Source: Nitrospirota bacterium | Lineage (GTDB): Bacteria; Nitrospirota; UBA9217 | Length of the DNA stretch: 64,000 bases | Reading direction: 5' to 3' | Assembly: GCA_963749655.1 (NCBI GenBank) | Contig: CAVVOB010000018.1 | Span: 1-64,000, forward strand | Shown here: positions 63,136 through 64,000 of the stretch, piece after piece | Layout: each line of letters starts with the position of its first letter | How positions within the stretch are numbered: position 1 is the stretch's first letter | Made by a program: the position numbers and the translations under genes | Notes under the pieces: model-generated | Database searches by the model: none | What the model saw: only the letters and a program-made list of their open reading frames with translations | Told to the model about the DNA's origin: nothing

Positions 63136-63525
63136 ATGCTGATGCCAAAGCTATCTGTGCGTGAGCGTCTTCTGTACAAGCTAAAAAAGTATTCACACCT
63201 TCGTTCTGCCATGCACCAGACAGCGGATGGCGCTGCACGATTCAACCGTCTTGTTGAGCACGACGTTAACTTGCAGGCATGGCTGAGCGCCGAGCAACAT
63301 TCCATTGCTCAAGAGATCATTCGCAATACGCAGTTTTACTACTTCATGAAACAGAGGTCATCAGCGTCAATCTTCGAAATGTATGAGCATCTGGGCAGAA
63401 ATGGCTTTGTCACGCTAGAACAAGCTGCCACGGCTTTCAATGTGCCGCGCAATGAAATGCGAGAACGGATAAAAGAGTATCCAGCGCTTTTTGTAGGCTT
63501 CAACATCACTGTGACTGACGATTGA
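63136..63525 (+). CDS. Hypothetical protein with a possible C-terminal HTH
   Basis: GGAGG RBS; VTLEQAATAFNVPRNEMRERI. Confidence 0.5.
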   Translation: MLMPKLSVRERLLYKLKKYSHLRSAMHQTADGAARFNRLVEHDVNLQAWLSAEQHSIAQEIIRNTQFYYFMKQRSSASIFEMYEHLGRNGFVTLEQAATAFNVPRNEMRERIKEYPALFVGFNITVTDD

Positions 63526-63537
63526 AAAAGGGATGTC

Positions 63538-64000
63538 ATGCTTGATATTAAAGTTTCCATAAACGGAGACAGGGTTGTACTGGAAAATCTTCAAGGGATC
63601 GCAGAGAGACTTCCCGAAGCCGTGGAACGCGGACTCACGCGATCCGCTGTAGGGATCCACGAGGCGGCCAAACGCTGGCTGTCCGGCGCCGGAGGGCAGA
63701 CGCGCTCTTATAGCCGCAAGTGGAGCGCTGGCGGAGAGGTCCGCCAGAAGAAAACATACGGCGCCGCAGCTGGAGGATATCCAGTTCCGGTCCGCACCGG
63801 GCACCTTCGGCAAGCGCTTGATTGGCTCGCACCGGGACAATCCAAAACCGGCGACACAGGCACGTTTGTTGCCGGCAGCGGCGAGGTCGTCATATTCGAT
63901 TCCGCGTCCTATGCCGACGCTGTCTTTCACGGTAAAGGTTCGTCAGCTTCATACGGTCCCCGCGACGCGCTCCAGGACGCCTTTGAGCTCTTCAATCACG
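63538..64000 (+). CDS. HK97 gp10 / Mu gpG-like virion morphogenesis (tail completion) protein, truncated by the window end
   Basis: Open frame MLDIKVSINGDRVV...PVRTGHLRQAL...ASYADAVFHG...GPRDAL (absent from the ORF track because it has no stop in the window). Confidence 0.6.
   Translation, partial: MLDIKVSINGDRVVLENLQGIAERLPEAVERGLTRSAVGIHEAAKRWLSGAGGQTRSYSRKWSAGGEVRQKKTYGAAAGGYPVPVRTGHLRQALDWLAPGQSKTGDTGTFVAGSGEVVIFDSASYADAVFHGKGSSASYGPRDALQDAFELFNH

Larger units (their letters stand above)
52177..64000 (+). mobile_element. tRNA-integrated prophage/satellite-like element (continues past the window end)
   Basis: att fragment, lower GC than the flanking housekeeping genes, co-oriented replication, recombinase, Mor, TA and phage-like genes. 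Confidence 0.8.

Overview
GC-rich bacterial chromosome segment, most likely from an anaerobic Nitrospirota- or Desulfobacterota-like organism (inferred from gene content only). Left to right: (1) an ISL3 element with an IS4 element inserted on its right end; (2) a multiheme-cytochrome/NrfCD-type respiratory cluster behind hemL-atpZ-atpI; (3) housekeeping genes (mobB, tatAC, degP, queF, core methionine synthase, tonB-like, argDF, cytochrome c biogenesis system II, nfnAB, phoH2, tsaC, purE/purD, larE, rph), a TPP-riboswitch-controlled thi operon and cobUSC; (4) a three-gene insert encoding a secreted TPR-caspase, a small membrane protein with a Gly-linked terminal strand and a 7-bladed beta-propeller lipoprotein; (5) from about 52.2 kb to the window end, an integrated phage/satellite-like element bounded by a tRNA-Gly-like 3' fragment. 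It encodes a phage-type replication protein, three tyrosine recombinases (two paralogues flank a Mor-type activator), an orphan Phd, HigBA, a highly structured leader and phage morphogenesis-like genes. Many genes between 4 and 15 kb carry frameshifts that look like long-read indel errors. The best candidates for an undescribed system are the caspase/strand-donor/propeller-lipoprotein trio and the active-plus-degenerate recombinase pair around a duplicated-domain Mor protein. All calls come from motif recognition by eye; no database search was run.
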